The notes: generated by a model from the letters alone, not told the origin. DNA of 64,000 bases from Macrostomum lignano (GCA_002269645.1 NIVC01001374.1:62001-126000); one strand, 5' to 3'; shown: positions 13,511 to 35,704, numbered from the stretch's first letter. Numbers and translations: made by a program.

Positions 13511-13828
13511 TAAATTTTCTGCAGTAGTAGCAGTCACTGACATGACTATCTGGTAATTCACTCTCCTGCAGACAGCAAGCCAATTGCCATCTCTCCCTTT
13601 AGAATACAATCAAAGTAGAGCATTTCTGGCCAAAGAACTTCTGTTTTCTGCTCCTGCAGCGAACGAGGATTTTGGAGTTATTTATCAACTAGACTGGTAA
13701 AAGAAAATCTTAGTAAGTGATTTACATTTGAAATAACAAGTGAGTATTATAGCAACAAGTATCTGTTCCAATTTTGACTAGAGTACACTTTCTACGACAA
13801 ACTCAAGCTATTAGAATATTATTCCTGT

Positions 13829-14584
13829 TTATTGCTCCTCATCATTGATCTCGGCCGCCTTGGGACCGCCGGTAGCGCCACCGCCGTTGTCTTCATTGAC
13901 ATCGTCCTCTTCTAACTCGAAACCCTTGCGCAGCTCGCCCAGCACCCAGTCGATGGTCTTCTCGTAGATGCACAGCATAGCCGGTGTGCACTTGTCGGCC
14001 AGAGTCGTCTGCACGGCGCCCAGAAATGGATCGCGCATCAGCAGGAAGAACTCACCCTTGAACTTGGTGAAGTGCCGGTGCCGCCTTCCCGTAGCCCGAA
14101 GCCGCTGCTGCATCAGGTCGCGCTTGTCCACGTTCACAATGGCCTCGTCCAGCAGGCCCATCACGGTGGCGGAGTGCCGCTTTAAGTCAGGATTGTCGCG
14201 CGTCAGCAGGCCGTCAAGGCCTTCGGGACTTTCCAAATTGGCACTGAACTTCTTGAAGATGGCCAGCAGAAGCGGGTGCTGCTTGAAGAGCAGCAGGAAC
14301 ATGTGCACCCCGGCATTGCAGACCCGGTCGTGCACGAAGTTCCAGGAGGTCCACAGCTTGAAGGTCTCCTGCTGGCTGAGCAGGCTCTGCGACGCGTCCC
14401 ATTCGCGCTCCTCGCACAGCACCTTACAGAAGACCAGCTTGCGGTCCTGACGATGCTGAGCGTCTTCTTCAGTAATTGCCGCGGCTTTTCCTTTGTTAGC
14501 CAAAGCAGAGGTACCGTCTTCGGAGTTCTGTCGGCTCCTGCCGGTGCAGGGACTCAGAGACAATCGGGAACCAGTGCAGCCCAT
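13829..14584 (-). CDS. Globin with N-terminal acylation motif (Globin X-like, probably membrane-bound), 251 aa, single exon
   Basis: The ATG at 14584 gives MGCTGSRLSLSPC (Gly2/Cys3). Globin fold landmarks: A-helix LWTSWNFV, B/C MFLLLFKQHP, CD Phe IFKKF, E7 His in LKRHSATVM, F8 His in GRRHRHF, G-helix FFLLMRDPFL, H-helix YEKTIDWV. Acidic C-terminal tail; GC-rich codon usage. Confidence 0.9.
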   Translation of the reverse strand: MGCTGSRLSLSPCTGRSRQNSEDGTSALANKGKAAAITEEDAQHRQDRKLVFCKVLCEEREWDASQSLLSQQETFKLWTSWNFVHDRVCNAGVHMFLLLFKQHPLLLAIFKKFSANLESPEGLDGLLTRDNPDLKRHSATVMGLLDEAIVNVDKRDLMQQRLRATGRRHRHFTKFKGEFFLLMRDPFLGAVQTTLADKCTPAMLCIYEKTIDWVLGELRKGFELEEDDVNEDNGGGATGGPKAAEINDEEQ

Positions 14585-15306
14585 GGCTATAGGTTTTTTT
14601 ATTTTCCTTGATCTTCGGTTCGCGGACTTGAGGAATGTGAGTTTGTATTTGAATATTAAACTTGCCCCCCTGCCCCCTTGCCCCATGCTCAAACATGTAT
14701 TAAAGCCAATCCCCGGTTCGAGAGCTCCTATTGGAACAGAAACTGTTTCTAAAAATAAGCCAAACCGAAATGACGCCGGGGTTCAGGATTTTGGAATTGC
14801 TGCATGCCTCATTTGACACGTAGCTATCATAAGTTGCAGTCTTCATATACTCCTAGGTTAATATATTGTATTTCGATGCAAGTGTTGTTGGCTCACCTAC
14901 CTTGTAATTCCCACTATAGGGGGTGAGCACTGCAGTCTACAGCCCTTGTCCGTGGGAAACTGCGACTCCCCAGGTCCCAGTCAAGAGCCCTCGTCCTGGG
15001 CCCGATGGCGGCAGAAAAATAGAGCCAACTTATTAGGCAACCTGGCTGCAGGTACTCAGGCAATTCAGCACAGGTAGAAATGAGAACTCCTAGCAAGCAG
15101 TTCGTTCGCGAGAGACTGATCTAAGCCGTATGAATAAAGTGAGCAAAAAGTCAAACGCCTGCATAATTTTGTATAATATTTATGAATAAAATGTGCTGAA
15201 ACTTGTCTCTCTCTGCCCTTCGAAATTGAGACTAATTCGGCTCATGAAGTCGTCGTGAACGAAGATTTTGTGTCATCCTCGGTGTCTGCCGGGTCCATCT
15301 AACGCT

Positions 15307-15307
<1 letters not shown>

Positions 15308-15371
<64 letters not shown>
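15308..15371. repeat. (AG)n microsatellite
   Basis: About 31 AG units. Confidence 0.95.
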
Positions 15372-15375
<4 letters not shown>

Positions 15376-15576
15376 CTTTCTGTTTTTGTCTATGGCCAAG
15401 AGGTATTGAGCAGCAACAAAAGATTTTTTTCGAGTCCAAGCTTTACTTCGTGCGTTTTTGTTCAGCATGCGAGACATGATACGAGCGTTTAATAAGCGTT
15501 ACAATATTGTACAATTTTCAATACAGCTATTTTTATATATATATATATATATATAATATATAAGGACGCAAAGATA

Positions 15577-17424
15577 TTATGGTAGGCGTCTTGCGCGCAC
15601 GCGCTCGCAGAAGAGACGAGAAGGACAGTTTGTGGCAGATTGTGGGGTCAGGTTAATGGTTTGTAGGTCAGACTCAAGCGTGGCGGTCAGCGTGGCGGTC
15701 CGGCCTTGGCCCCGTCGGAGACGCTCGGTTGGCTGATGCGGCAGGGTGAGCGCCAGCGGGTTTTGCTCCCCTCTGCCGTAGCTGCGGAGGCAGTAGTGGC
15801 CGACGAGCATTAGCCGGCGCCGCTGGAGAGTGGCACTGAGCTGAGGCACGCGGGCTCTCGCCATCAGAGGGTCCGTCGGCAGCCGCTCTGGGTAATGGAT
15901 GCCAAGGGCGAACCGCAGCAGCGATCGGTAGGCAGCGTCCAGGGCTCGGGACCTCGAGTCGGTCATTGGCACTGCCTCCAGTCCGTACAGGAAGATTGGC
16001 TCTACGGCAGCGCGGAACAGGCGCATCTTCAGGTCGTCGTTGGCAGCTGAGCTGAAGACCTCCCTGAGGAGATGAGCCGCGCGCCAGGCCTGTGACCTCC
16101 GGTCGGCGATGATGGAGTCAGGGCTCATCACGAGGGAGCCCAGGTACCGGAAGTCTCTGCAGGCTGAAATGACTTGTCCATCTGGTAGGGTCAGGATTGG
16201 TGCTGCATCGGTGCCCACGTGCAGCACTTCCGTCTTGCGTGCGTTAATTTGCAGTCCAACTCGGGCGCTCTCCTCATAGAGTCTCGAGAGCGCTCTCTGG
16301 GCGGCAGTCGGACTGCGGCACAGCAGGGCGATGTCGTCGGCGTATGCGAGGGCGGGCAGAGGGGCAGCACCGCGGCGGGAGCTCCGGCGTGACGCCAGCA
16401 GGTAGCTGTCCTCCTCTGTGAGGCTTCGGCGCAGCACGTAGTCGACGACAAGGATGAAGAGCAGTGGAGCCAATGTGTCACCTTGGAGGACTCCAGAGCT
16501 GGTGCAGAAGTCCTCAGTTGGGCCATCGCTGGTTTGGACAAAGGCTTTGCTGTTGTTGTAGAGGTCCATCACTGCGACGCCATAGTGCTCGAGCAGCCAC
16601 GCGATCGCGCGCCGGCACACTGAGTCAAAAGCTTTGCGGAAGTCCACAAAGACAATTGACACAGTCTTTGCCGGCACACTGAGTCAAAAGCTTTGCGGAA
16701 GTCCACAAAGACAATTGACACAGCTCTTTGGTGAGTTTTACAGGCCTCGACGACTGCTCGAAGGGCTGCAATCTGCTCTGTTGTCAATCGTCCGGGCCTG
16801 AAGCCACTTTGGAGGCTCAGGATCATTTGGTTGAGGCCAGGCAGCAGCCGATTACGCAGTATAGCATTGAGCAGCTTAGCCAGAGTGCATTCCAGAGCGA
16901 TGCCGCGTTGGTTGTCCAGACTGGTGGATGCGCCCTTCTTGGGGATGGAGACGATCTTAGAGGTGCGCCAGCTGTCAGCAGCAGTAGCACCTGGGTTGCC
17001 TCCAAGCGGACAGTGCTTGTTGAGCACAGTCGTGATGTCCCGTGTCAGCTCCGGCAGCTTGAGCACCCTGGGTGGAATGCCATCTACTCCGGCGGCAGCA
17101 TCGGGGCGCATGGTCTTGAGCACTCGGTTCACCTCGTAGGCAGTCAGCGGGCCGGAGTTGAAAGTCGAGGGCTCGGCCGGGGTAAAGTTTTCGATTGGCA
17201 GCAAATCTGCAGAGGGTGGTGGAGCGTTGAGCACATTGTGGTAGTGATTGGCCAGCAGGGCTTTGCGATGGTGTATGGACTCAGCACCTACAGCGGCATT
17301 GGCCCTCTGCTTCCTGCCAGTCAGGCGGTTGATGGCGCGCCAGGCGGTTGTGTGCCGGCAGTTGTCTGTTGCTAGTTGAATCTCAGCAACAGCCTCCTGG
17401 ACAAAGGCTTCGGTCCTCCGGGCA
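15577..17424 (-). pseudogene. Reverse transcriptase portion of the RTE-like LINE (frameshifted)
   Basis: ORFs 16569-17234 and 15577-16677 join into one RT domain once the 59-bp duplication is removed. Confidence 0.85.
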
Positions 17425-17994
17425 GTTGGCTATTTAATTTTCAGTTGGCTATTTAATTTTCAGTTGGCTATTTAATTTTCAGTTGACTATTTAATTTTCA
17501 GTTGGCTATTTAATTTTTAGTTGGCTATTTAATTTTTAGTTGGCTATTTAATTTTCAGTTGGCTATTTAATTTTCAGTTGGCTATTTAATTTTCAGTTGG
17601 CTATTTAATTTTCAGTTGGCTATTTAATTTTCAGTTGGCTATTTAATTTTCAGTTGACTATTTAATTTTCAGTTGGCTATTTAATTTTTAGTTGGCTATT
17701 TAATTTTTAGTTGGCTATTTAATTTTTAGTTGGCTATTTAATTTTTAGTTGGCTATTTAATTTTCAGTTGGCTATTTAATTTTCAGTTGGCTATTTAATT
17801 TTTAGTTGGCTATTTAATTTTCAGTTGGCTATTTAATTTTCAGTTGGCTATTTAATTTTTAGTTGGCTATTTAATTTTTAGTTGGCTATTTAATTTTTAG
17901 TTGGCTATTTAATTTTCAGTTGGCTATTTAATTTTCAGTTGGCTATTTAATTTTTAGTTGGCTATTTAATTTTCAGTTGGCTATTTAATTTTCA
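17425..17994. repeat. 19-bp minisatellite (GTTGGCTATTTAATTTT(C/T)A) at the LINE inversion junction
   Basis: About 30 copies (570 bp) starting immediately after the RT-side breakpoint. Confidence 0.95.
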
Positions 17995-18072
17995 CGCTGA
18001 ATGCGTGAAAATTGGTCGCCCACCTCCGGCCCCTAGTCACCAGGGCCAGGTGCCAACGGTGTCGCCGTCAAC

Positions 18073-19385
18073 TTGACAGAGCGGCAAACAAAGATGGCGA
18101 CCCATAGAGGACGGCGGAGTGTGCACGGCCGTGAACGCCGACGCACACGCTTTAATGCCCAACGCAATGCACTGCACACTGCTGCCCGCCGGCTCAAACA
18201 GGACTCGCGGCCTGCCCAGCCGGAGCCTGCTAGAGGATTGGACTCATTATCCCTGCCAGTCCCCCGCACTGCACCCGCTAGCAGAACAATCGAAAAATTT
18301 GAAAGTCAAAACCAGCTTGATAACTGCACAAGACTTGCTACCTTCAACGCACGAACGCTCACTGCCTCCTGGAGACTGCATGAGCTAACCAAGCTGGCAA
18401 AGAGCATGAACATCTCCATTCTGGCTGTCCAAGAACACCGCAGGAGCACCGAAGAGTGCGCTGATCCAGGCCTTGGCTGGCAGTTCCGAGCCGCTCTAGT
18501 CTCAGCCCAGGGCGCTGGAGGCATCGGGTTTCTGCTGTCACCTGGTGCCTCAAGAGCCCTTCTGAATGTCAGCTTCCCAACCGACCGTCTTGGCATTGCC
18601 TCTTTTGCCACGAAGGACAGGCGTCTTCATGTAATCTGCGTCTACGCCCCCACAGCCCCACGCACAGCTACTGACCCTTCCGAGACTGAATCAATGTATG
18701 ACCACCTGATATCACTCATCGGCTCGGTCCCTGATCGCGACCTGCTTTTTGTCCCTGGAGACTTCAACGCGCCACTGTCCCCTGACGGCCGTCTAGTGAA
18801 GAACAACTGCGGCTCCACCAACACCAACTCGGACTTCCTGTCAACTTTCATTCACTCTCAAGACCTGATTGCAGCCAATGGTGTCATGCGGCAGCGGTAC
18901 AACAAGCTGCCCACCTTCTTCGGCCCAAATGGACGGACCAACAGGCTGGACTGGATTCTGTGCCCATCGGCCATCAGATCTCGACTGCGCAAAGTGGTCA
19001 ATATCCGCCCCAGCTGCGTGACGTCCGACCATTCTCTGCTGGCCTGCGACATCGACTGCCGATGAAAAAAGTTCAAGGCTGGCCCACCGCACCCCCTCTG
19101 AGCAGATCTGAGAAACCCAGACACGCGCAGTGCGTTCATTAAAAAACTGCAAAATGCTACTCTGGCCCTGAATGAATCGGCGGACGCCTTCACCAGAGCT
19201 GTTGAGAAAGCTGCCTCGATCCTACCAAAACGAACACCGCACCAGCCAAAAGCCGCCTGGGACTCCGACGAGGAGATCTCCATCGCTAGGCGCGACGTGC
19301 AAAGAACAACCGCAGTCTTTGGCCAAGACAGTGAGCAGGCTGAAACAGCCCGGGCCCAACTACGCGACACGCATGCCCGGAGGAC
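18073..19385 (+). pseudogene. AP endonuclease and linker portion of the RTE-like LINE
   Basis: ORF 18073-19065 stays in frame through two TGA codons to ...QLRDTHARR at 19383, which reads on into TEAFVQEAVAEIQ on the minus strand. Confidence 0.85.
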
Positions 19386-21399
19386 AATTTTTATGATGAC
19401 TGATAAAGTAAAAATACGCGTTCATGTATACTTCTTATGTGCATGCATGCACACTGCAATACTGAATTCTATTCCCAATATGCTGACATAGATACAGTAC
19501 TATATATACGCATAATTTATCAATGTTGGGCATCCCTAACTTTTTTAGGAGATCAACGGTTAGTCCACTAACGCTAATTTTCAAATTTGTGTAGCGGATC
19601 ATATCAGCAGGCGTACCGCTAATCCGCTTAGGTTTGCTAATTTTGCCCAATTTCCTAAGAAATTCCTTTAAAAATCGTAATCTGAGTTGCTCTTTCCAAC
19701 AAGTCAAAATGAAGAAGGAGAACAAGACCAAATTTTAGGCCCGTATGAATAAGTGAACAACTGCATGTTCAACATAAATATTTCAAGATTACATGGAGTC
19801 ACGGATGAAGGAATAACATTGTTTGCTCATCTGAAACTTGGAATTTACCTCCGTAAGAAACTATATATTGGCTGATGAAAGTTTAAGAGTCCCCCGTAGG
19901 ATTTTGATTTGCTTTGAAGAAGCATCTCTGCATTTTTGTCGCATTTTTTTAATCAAGTTGGCGGCATGCTCCAGAATCCAGGCGATCTAGATGTACAGAT
20001 TTCCATGCTTAGCATTTTACTTTCCTATTGCTCTGATAGCATGGCTGCAATACCACCAGAGAATATCGAGCATATTTTGCTAGCGAGGCGAGCCTTGTTC
20101 GTTCCTTTAAATTGCAAAGAAAAGGACAGTGACCCATATTTTGTCTATGGTTCTTAGCTACTGAGTTCAACTGCTCGGATAGCTGAGAATTTGAGAAGTT
20201 TGAGATCAATCTTTTATCCATACGAGATGGTAAGCGGAATTACTCAAACTCGGAGCTATTTTTCAACCTTGAGCACTTGCTCCAACTTTAGAGCAGGAGC
20301 ATTTCTATTCGTTCTATGAGATGAATATACTCGATGAGTGACAATATCTGAATATGACTATCTATAGCTAGCGTGAGAAAGCTGTAGCTAATGCACTAAC
20401 GAAAAAAAGTTAGCGGATTTAGCGGAACTTTAGCATTTTAATGGACATTAGTGAAGGTGTTCCCCAGCAACATGGTAAATTAATGGTTCAAAGCAAATTG
20501 CAGGGGTTTCTTAAGCTAAGAATCAAAAAAAAGAAATGGAAATAATGAAAGAATAAATGTGCATGCATAACCAACCCCCCACCTTAAAATTCTAAGGATC
20601 ACCTTATTATAAGCCATATTTCCAAAGACTGCAGTTCGCCCCCTCACTGCACGAATTGCGGGGGTAATCATGCAGCATGTAAAAGCTACTGCTGGCCAAC
20701 TACATGTATCACGCGATCTTTAAGAGACTCGACAGGACGCCTATATCATGGTGCGCAGGCCGCAAGACGGCACAAGCTGCATAAAAATCCTCCTTTTTCA
20801 AGCAGATTTATTTTGCTTTGAATAGCTAATATCATACAATAGATGTATAAAAAATCCTAAATGTCATGAAGTGGTGTTGATCAGGAATCGCAAAAAATAA
20901 CGTGCGCATGTTTAGCGCTCGTGCAAGTACATGCATGATCGAGGGCGAACTCAGAAATCAGATTTTTTCTCGACGCGAAGCTGTCTCCGGCGAAGCTATA
21001 GCCTCATTCAGCGTTATATTCGCGTTCTTTGGAGCATAATATGGCTCGTAAATGCACTAAAAAGTAGTTCGTGTAGTATATTTTGCGCTGCTACGAGAGA
21101 TACTACCTACTTTAAGTACTCGATTTCATTTTAACCTAAAACCATATGTGGCTAAAAGCAAAAAAGCAGTGCACACAGTGTGCGCAACACAAACAAACAA
21201 AACAGCTGCGCGCACTAATTAACAAGTATAAACAGTTTGTGTGTTTGGTGTTTGTTGAACGGTTCGTCTATATATGCAAATTTTGTTTCATAGACGGCGA
21301 GACAAAGGCACTGTTCGTAACCCAGCCTCAAAAATTGAATACCAAGGACAAGTTAAAGCAACGTACATATAGTACGTGACACTCACGTTTCATGGAATA

Positions 21400-22009
21400 T
21401 GTTTTGAAGGCCACTTTTCGCCAAAAAATACACATACTAGCAACGGAGATAGGAAGCTTTCATTTTTTAGCATAAAATTTTTATTGCTTTTGATAGGAGG
21501 CAGACCCAGTGTTGCCTCTTATCGAACATCTTCTTCCAATGTTTCCTCAGAAACTTAGTATTATATGTTTTTTTATTTATTCTAAATATATACTTCCTGT
21601 ACCTAAGAATCATAAAAATGCATGGCACAGCTCTCGAATGTTTGGTTTTATGAATCCATTTTATCATCTGTTACAAATATTGTTACACAGTCAGCTAAGA
21701 ATGACAAAATAGATTCTTCATAAAACTAATGAGCTGAGCCGTGCCATTTAAATGGTTTTTAGGCACAGGACGTACATGTAGCTACATGTACATATGCAAT
21801 TGTACGTTAGAAATGAACATAGAATCCTTATTTTTGAACAAAAAGCTTTATGAATATCAAATAGAGCTATAAGAAAGGCACAATTCATATCAAAAGATGA
21901 ACATTTGGGTCTGCCTCCTATCGAAAGCTAATAACCATTTTATGCTGAAAAAATGAAAACTTCGTATCTCCGTCAGTGTATTTTTCGCCGAAAAGTGGCC
22001 TTCAAAACA
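21400..22009. mobile_element. MITE-like element with ~115-bp terminal inverted repeats
   Basis: TGTTTTGAAGGCCACTTTTCG...GATAGGAGGCAGACCCA (21400-21508) mirrors TGGGTCTGCCTCCTATCG...CGAAAAGTGGCCTTCAAAACA (21906-22009); TA on both sides. Confidence 0.7.
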
Positions 22010-23524
22010 TAATTTTCCCTACCAGATTTTGAGTATTGCGTCCTAATAATTAGTTGTTCGGCCTTGTTTAATTACACACCGTCAAAATTGTTAGAAAATT
22101 GGTAATAAAGTTTGGAGTTTATCCTTTTTGATTGCAAATCGACATATTATTATTGTATTTGAGTTTGTCAAAATAAGTTGTTGAACATTTCAACATGCGA
22201 TACCACATGTACAGCAGGACTGTCAAAATTGAATGCAACGAGATTCCGAATATATTGAGCGCAGCTTTTCCAAAACATTAAAGCAATATACGAGTAGCTA
22301 GTCTACTACTAACTATACAGCTACATGTAGCAGCGATAAAAAATACACGAATTTTTTTAATTAAATCAAATAATCAATTATAATTGATATACATATATAT
22401 ATATTGAGGTTCTGGTTCTGATCGAAGGTACAAAAAGTACAAATCCTGTCTAAAGCTTTCTAAAGCTTCCAAACTGCAGGCCAACTGTTCTGGTTTAAAT
22501 TTTGATCTATTCTGGTCTATTCCTACACACATGTATATGTAAATCTGGTCGACATGTATTCTTTTGTGACCATTTCAAGATGTCCCACTGTCTCGAGTAA
22601 TTAGTACGATATTTACAAATGACTCGCAAAATTAGTGTACGCCTTTGACTGCAAGAAATATTGCATATAGCTATTACTCTACTGCATGCCTCCTGTCCCA
22701 CATATAGATGTACATGTATAGGGCCAAACTTATAGTGTGTGTGTGGTGTAATTGCGTCTTCTAAAACTGAGAACAAAATTTTAAACGATCCCTTCAAACA
22801 AATCATTTTAAGTACAAACCGATGTAGAGTTTATGAGCATTTTAAGTTTAGCTGCAATGCAAGCAATTGTGGGCCTTCAAATAATTTAGCAATATTTGAG
22901 CGTACTACTGCCTGATGCAAATTAGGTACTTTTAGTGGGTACTTGCAGAATTTATGCACCATGTCATCAGAAATAAGAATTGAAATATACAGTACGTGAT
23001 TAAGAGTTACCTGCAAAGGCCAGTTCAAATTACAGCTAATAGCTCTGCGTGTCAAGCATCGCTGAAATCAATTTTAAAATGGGTCTGAACCTTTAGCTCA
23101 ACATATATTTAAGCTAAATCCGAGCTACTACTGCGCAGACGCCGAGGCAATGTATATAAACTGGCCTTGCTATCGGCTTGAAAATCGTACGTTAATTTTT
23201 GCATAAATTAATGCTATTTTGATATAAAAAATCGCTAAAACATTTTAATTTTTTCTGCTAAACGCTATCGAACATTTTTTATAATAATACTTTGTTTTAA
23301 TAGTTGATTTTTGATTTTTGAACGCGAGATTTTTTACTACCGACAGATTTTCCACTCCGGATCTGCATAACTGCATTACATGAACGTACAATACAAAGCA
23401 AATTTGATATTGATAGTGTATACATTTTAAGAAACTTGGTTTCATCGTTTACATAATTTATACTGTCTCCTGTGAGTCTTGTGAGTCGTTGTGGCATCCA
23501 TTGACTGGTCTCAAATCAAACGAA

Positions 23525-33119
<9,595 letters not shown>

Positions 33120-35327
33120 TGCGCAACGGTGCCGGAGAAGCAGTAATATTGCTTACTGTCAACAGCATTTTGTCTTTATACAGACTGTTACTAACAAATC
33201 AATGTTCATTCTTAATTGCACTATGAAAGTGAATCCAATTGCGTCAAGTAACTAATGAATAAATTAACCTGCAGAAGTATAATATCTGCCAAATTAGTAA
33301 ATATATAATAGGGTGTTTTCATACTTAGTTCCAATTGAATTGAATAAGACAGTTAGCTACGATTGACCAGCCGTGTCATTTTTAAACCTGTTTATTTTCT
33401 CGCAAATTTCAACTGTTTCTCGAGTCCAGCAAATGTTTTTTACTGTACGTACTAAGAAAGTACTCGCAAGTTTCAAGGCTTAATAAATATTTTTTTCAAT
33501 TTAACTTTGACAAGCATTTTTAAACCAACACGGCTGAACAAATTTTATTTTCTAACTTCTTTTAATTATAAGTCTTTTAGATGGCTCGGACGCGAGGAAA
33601 TAGTAAATATGAAGAAAAGTGCATCAATTTCTTTGGTTTTAATTTATTATGAAAATTGTAATCAAGGTATACGAGCTATCTATAATTATCTGATCGTAAA
33701 ATGAAATTAGAAATGCAGCATACGACGTACTCTTATCTATTTAAAGGGTTGTTCAGTATCGAGTTATACTTGCAAATAAAAAGTACATACATGTAAATGT
33801 ACATGCATGTGCAGTAATGACGGCTATTTTATATATATAGCTAAGACTTTATTATAAAAGCTACTGCAACACTTTCTTATATGGTCTTAATAATCAACAT
33901 TTTTGTACAGAAAAAACAAGGACAACTTAATGTGGACGGATAACTTTGTTTCTCAAAAAATGAAACAAATTTTCAAAATGAAGGACGTTTCCGAAAAATA
34001 CAGGAGATCAGCAGAAGCGACCACATATTTTTTCATCTCAGTAGATCAGAAGCTATTATTTTACTTTAAACTTTTAATGCAGCTACTACTATTGAGCCAT
34101 AAAACTAAAAAATCTTAAGACGTGAAATTTCTAATGGCAGAACATGAGGATTTGAACCATAAAATTTAAAATTATCGACGAATAAATCGACCGACGAAGG
34201 GCATATGGGTCATGCAACCGAAATATTAATATTGCAGCTGATACTAAATTCACGACAGAGCACCAATTCTTATTTTCGCGGCGATGTGACCTGGATAAAG
34301 TCCAGTCACACTATTTACCCTATAAAACACATAAGTACATGTACACCACCTTCTTACCATATCGTGTCGTACATGGTGTGTTCAATTGCATGGCGACTTG
34401 AACAATAGCAAACAATTTAGCTACCAGTGCATGCTAAACTGTTAATGTGATCATTTGGTTCATACTTTTAGGCTCTACAAGTCAAATATAATCAAATAAA
34501 AGTGAAAAAACTAATAATGAATTGTGTAGGATCCGGTAGAAGATACGTTTGAATGGAAAACGTAATTCACGCGTCCTGTTTCCTAGTAAATTTATTTTCA
34601 AATTTAAACTTAAATTTTATATTACAAGTGTTATAACATAATTATTCAGCGGCGGCACCCCAAGTCTGTATGTAATGACTCGTGAACTAAACTACTGTTT
34701 ATGGCAGTGATAGCATTATATCTACAAATTACAAAGTTATCATACTGCTATACGAGTTTTTATTTTTTTATTTTTTTACGACTTAGGTAGGCTAATAATG
34801 TAATAGGCCTACTAATAGGACCTACGCCTAGCCTAGTTGATTTAAATTAGGCCTGGCCCTATTCCTTTTAGTCTTACGCTACTCTTAGTCTTAGATCTTC
34901 TATTAATAAACAGGCCTAATAAGGCAAGCTAACGGTAATTTTTCTACTTCACTTAACTTAATGTTAATAAATATAATTTTAAGCATTTGAAAATTATTAA
35001 ATTAGTCAAGTTCAAGTAGAAAAGTTAGGCATAGAAGTCATGTCCCTTTCTAGAAAAAAATTTATCTTGACTTTAATTGTCATATTTTTGTAATGCATTT
35101 TGTCTCTCAGGCATAGATAAATTTTGTTCAAAACTTTGGTTTTTTACTAATATTTTTTGTATCTAGGTAAACTTGTCAAATTTTTATTTGTCAAATATGT
35201 ATGTTGACAAGTTTAGGGCCTACCACAGTTTGCATAGCATGTGATATGCAGTATAACAAAGTGTATAGAATTAGGCCTAGGAGATGTAAATAGAAGCTAA
35301 AGCAATAAGGTTTTAGTTTAATACTAG

Positions 35328-35704
35328 TGTGGCGTAGACGTAGCGAGTTCGAGATTTAGTAAGCGATTATTTAATTAATTATTTATTCGTTAGCTAGTTC
35401 AATTAGTAGTAGTGTTGACACGCAGGGCACGAGACAAAACGCCGAGTAGAGGAAAGTACAATTAACGAGCGCGAGGCAACATTTAAATTGGCGGGGAAAT
35501 CCGATTCATTTAAACCTAAGATATCTATCAAAAAAGTAGTAATAACTTGGACTTAAATAAATAAAACTTAAAGTACATTTTTTTCTAAATAAATTACATT
35601 AAATTAATAGCTGGGGAACCTGCAAATTACTCAACTACAATAATTTTAAGTAATAAAAACTCACATAGAAACTAAAAATTTAAGATGCTAATGACGTCGT
35701 CACA
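35328..35704 (-). repeat. 3' LTR of the Gypsy element
   Basis: 377 bp, TG...CA, preceded on the minus strand by the PPT AGAGGGGCGAG (35715-35705). Confidence 0.95.

Larger units (their letters stand above)
15537..19386. mobile_element. RTE-like non-LTR retrotransposon (APE + RT in one ORF), 5' half inverted, now defective
   Basis: Plus strand 18073-19385: APE endonuclease (LATFNART, ILAVQEHR, CVYAPT, GDFNA, LDWIL, SDH) and linker. Minus strand 17424-15577: RT (RGIALEC, QSGFRPGR, FVDFRKAFDSV, GVLQGDTLAP, LAYADD, FRYLGS) followed by a (TA)n tail. Candidate 8-bp TSD ATTTTTAT at 15529-15536 and 19387-19394. Lesions: TGA stops at 19063 and 19099 and a 59-bp tandem duplication at 16611-16728. Confidence 0.9.

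Noticed and set aside
14585-14692. 36-aa N-terminal extension of the globin ORF from upstream ATGs
   Set aside because: AT-rich and UTR-like; the ATG at 14584 exposes a canonical MGC acylation motif. Not excluded without transcript data.
14955-14975. GTGGGAAACTGCGACT resembling part of U1 snRNA
   Set aside because: Only about 15 nt match; no 5' splice-site-binding end, Sm site or other U1 stems nearby.
17995-18110. Possible HDV-like or hammerhead ribozyme at the LINE 5' end (GGTCGCC/GGCGACC and other stems)
   Set aside because: Stems exist, but I could not place the P3/L3, P1.1 and J4/2 elements of an HDV-like fold or the CUGANGA/GAAA hammerhead core.
19900-20260. Possible hAT transposase dimerisation-domain remnant (RLASLAKYARYSL)
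   Set aside because: Similarity is too short and degenerate, and no convincing TIR/TSD pair was found.
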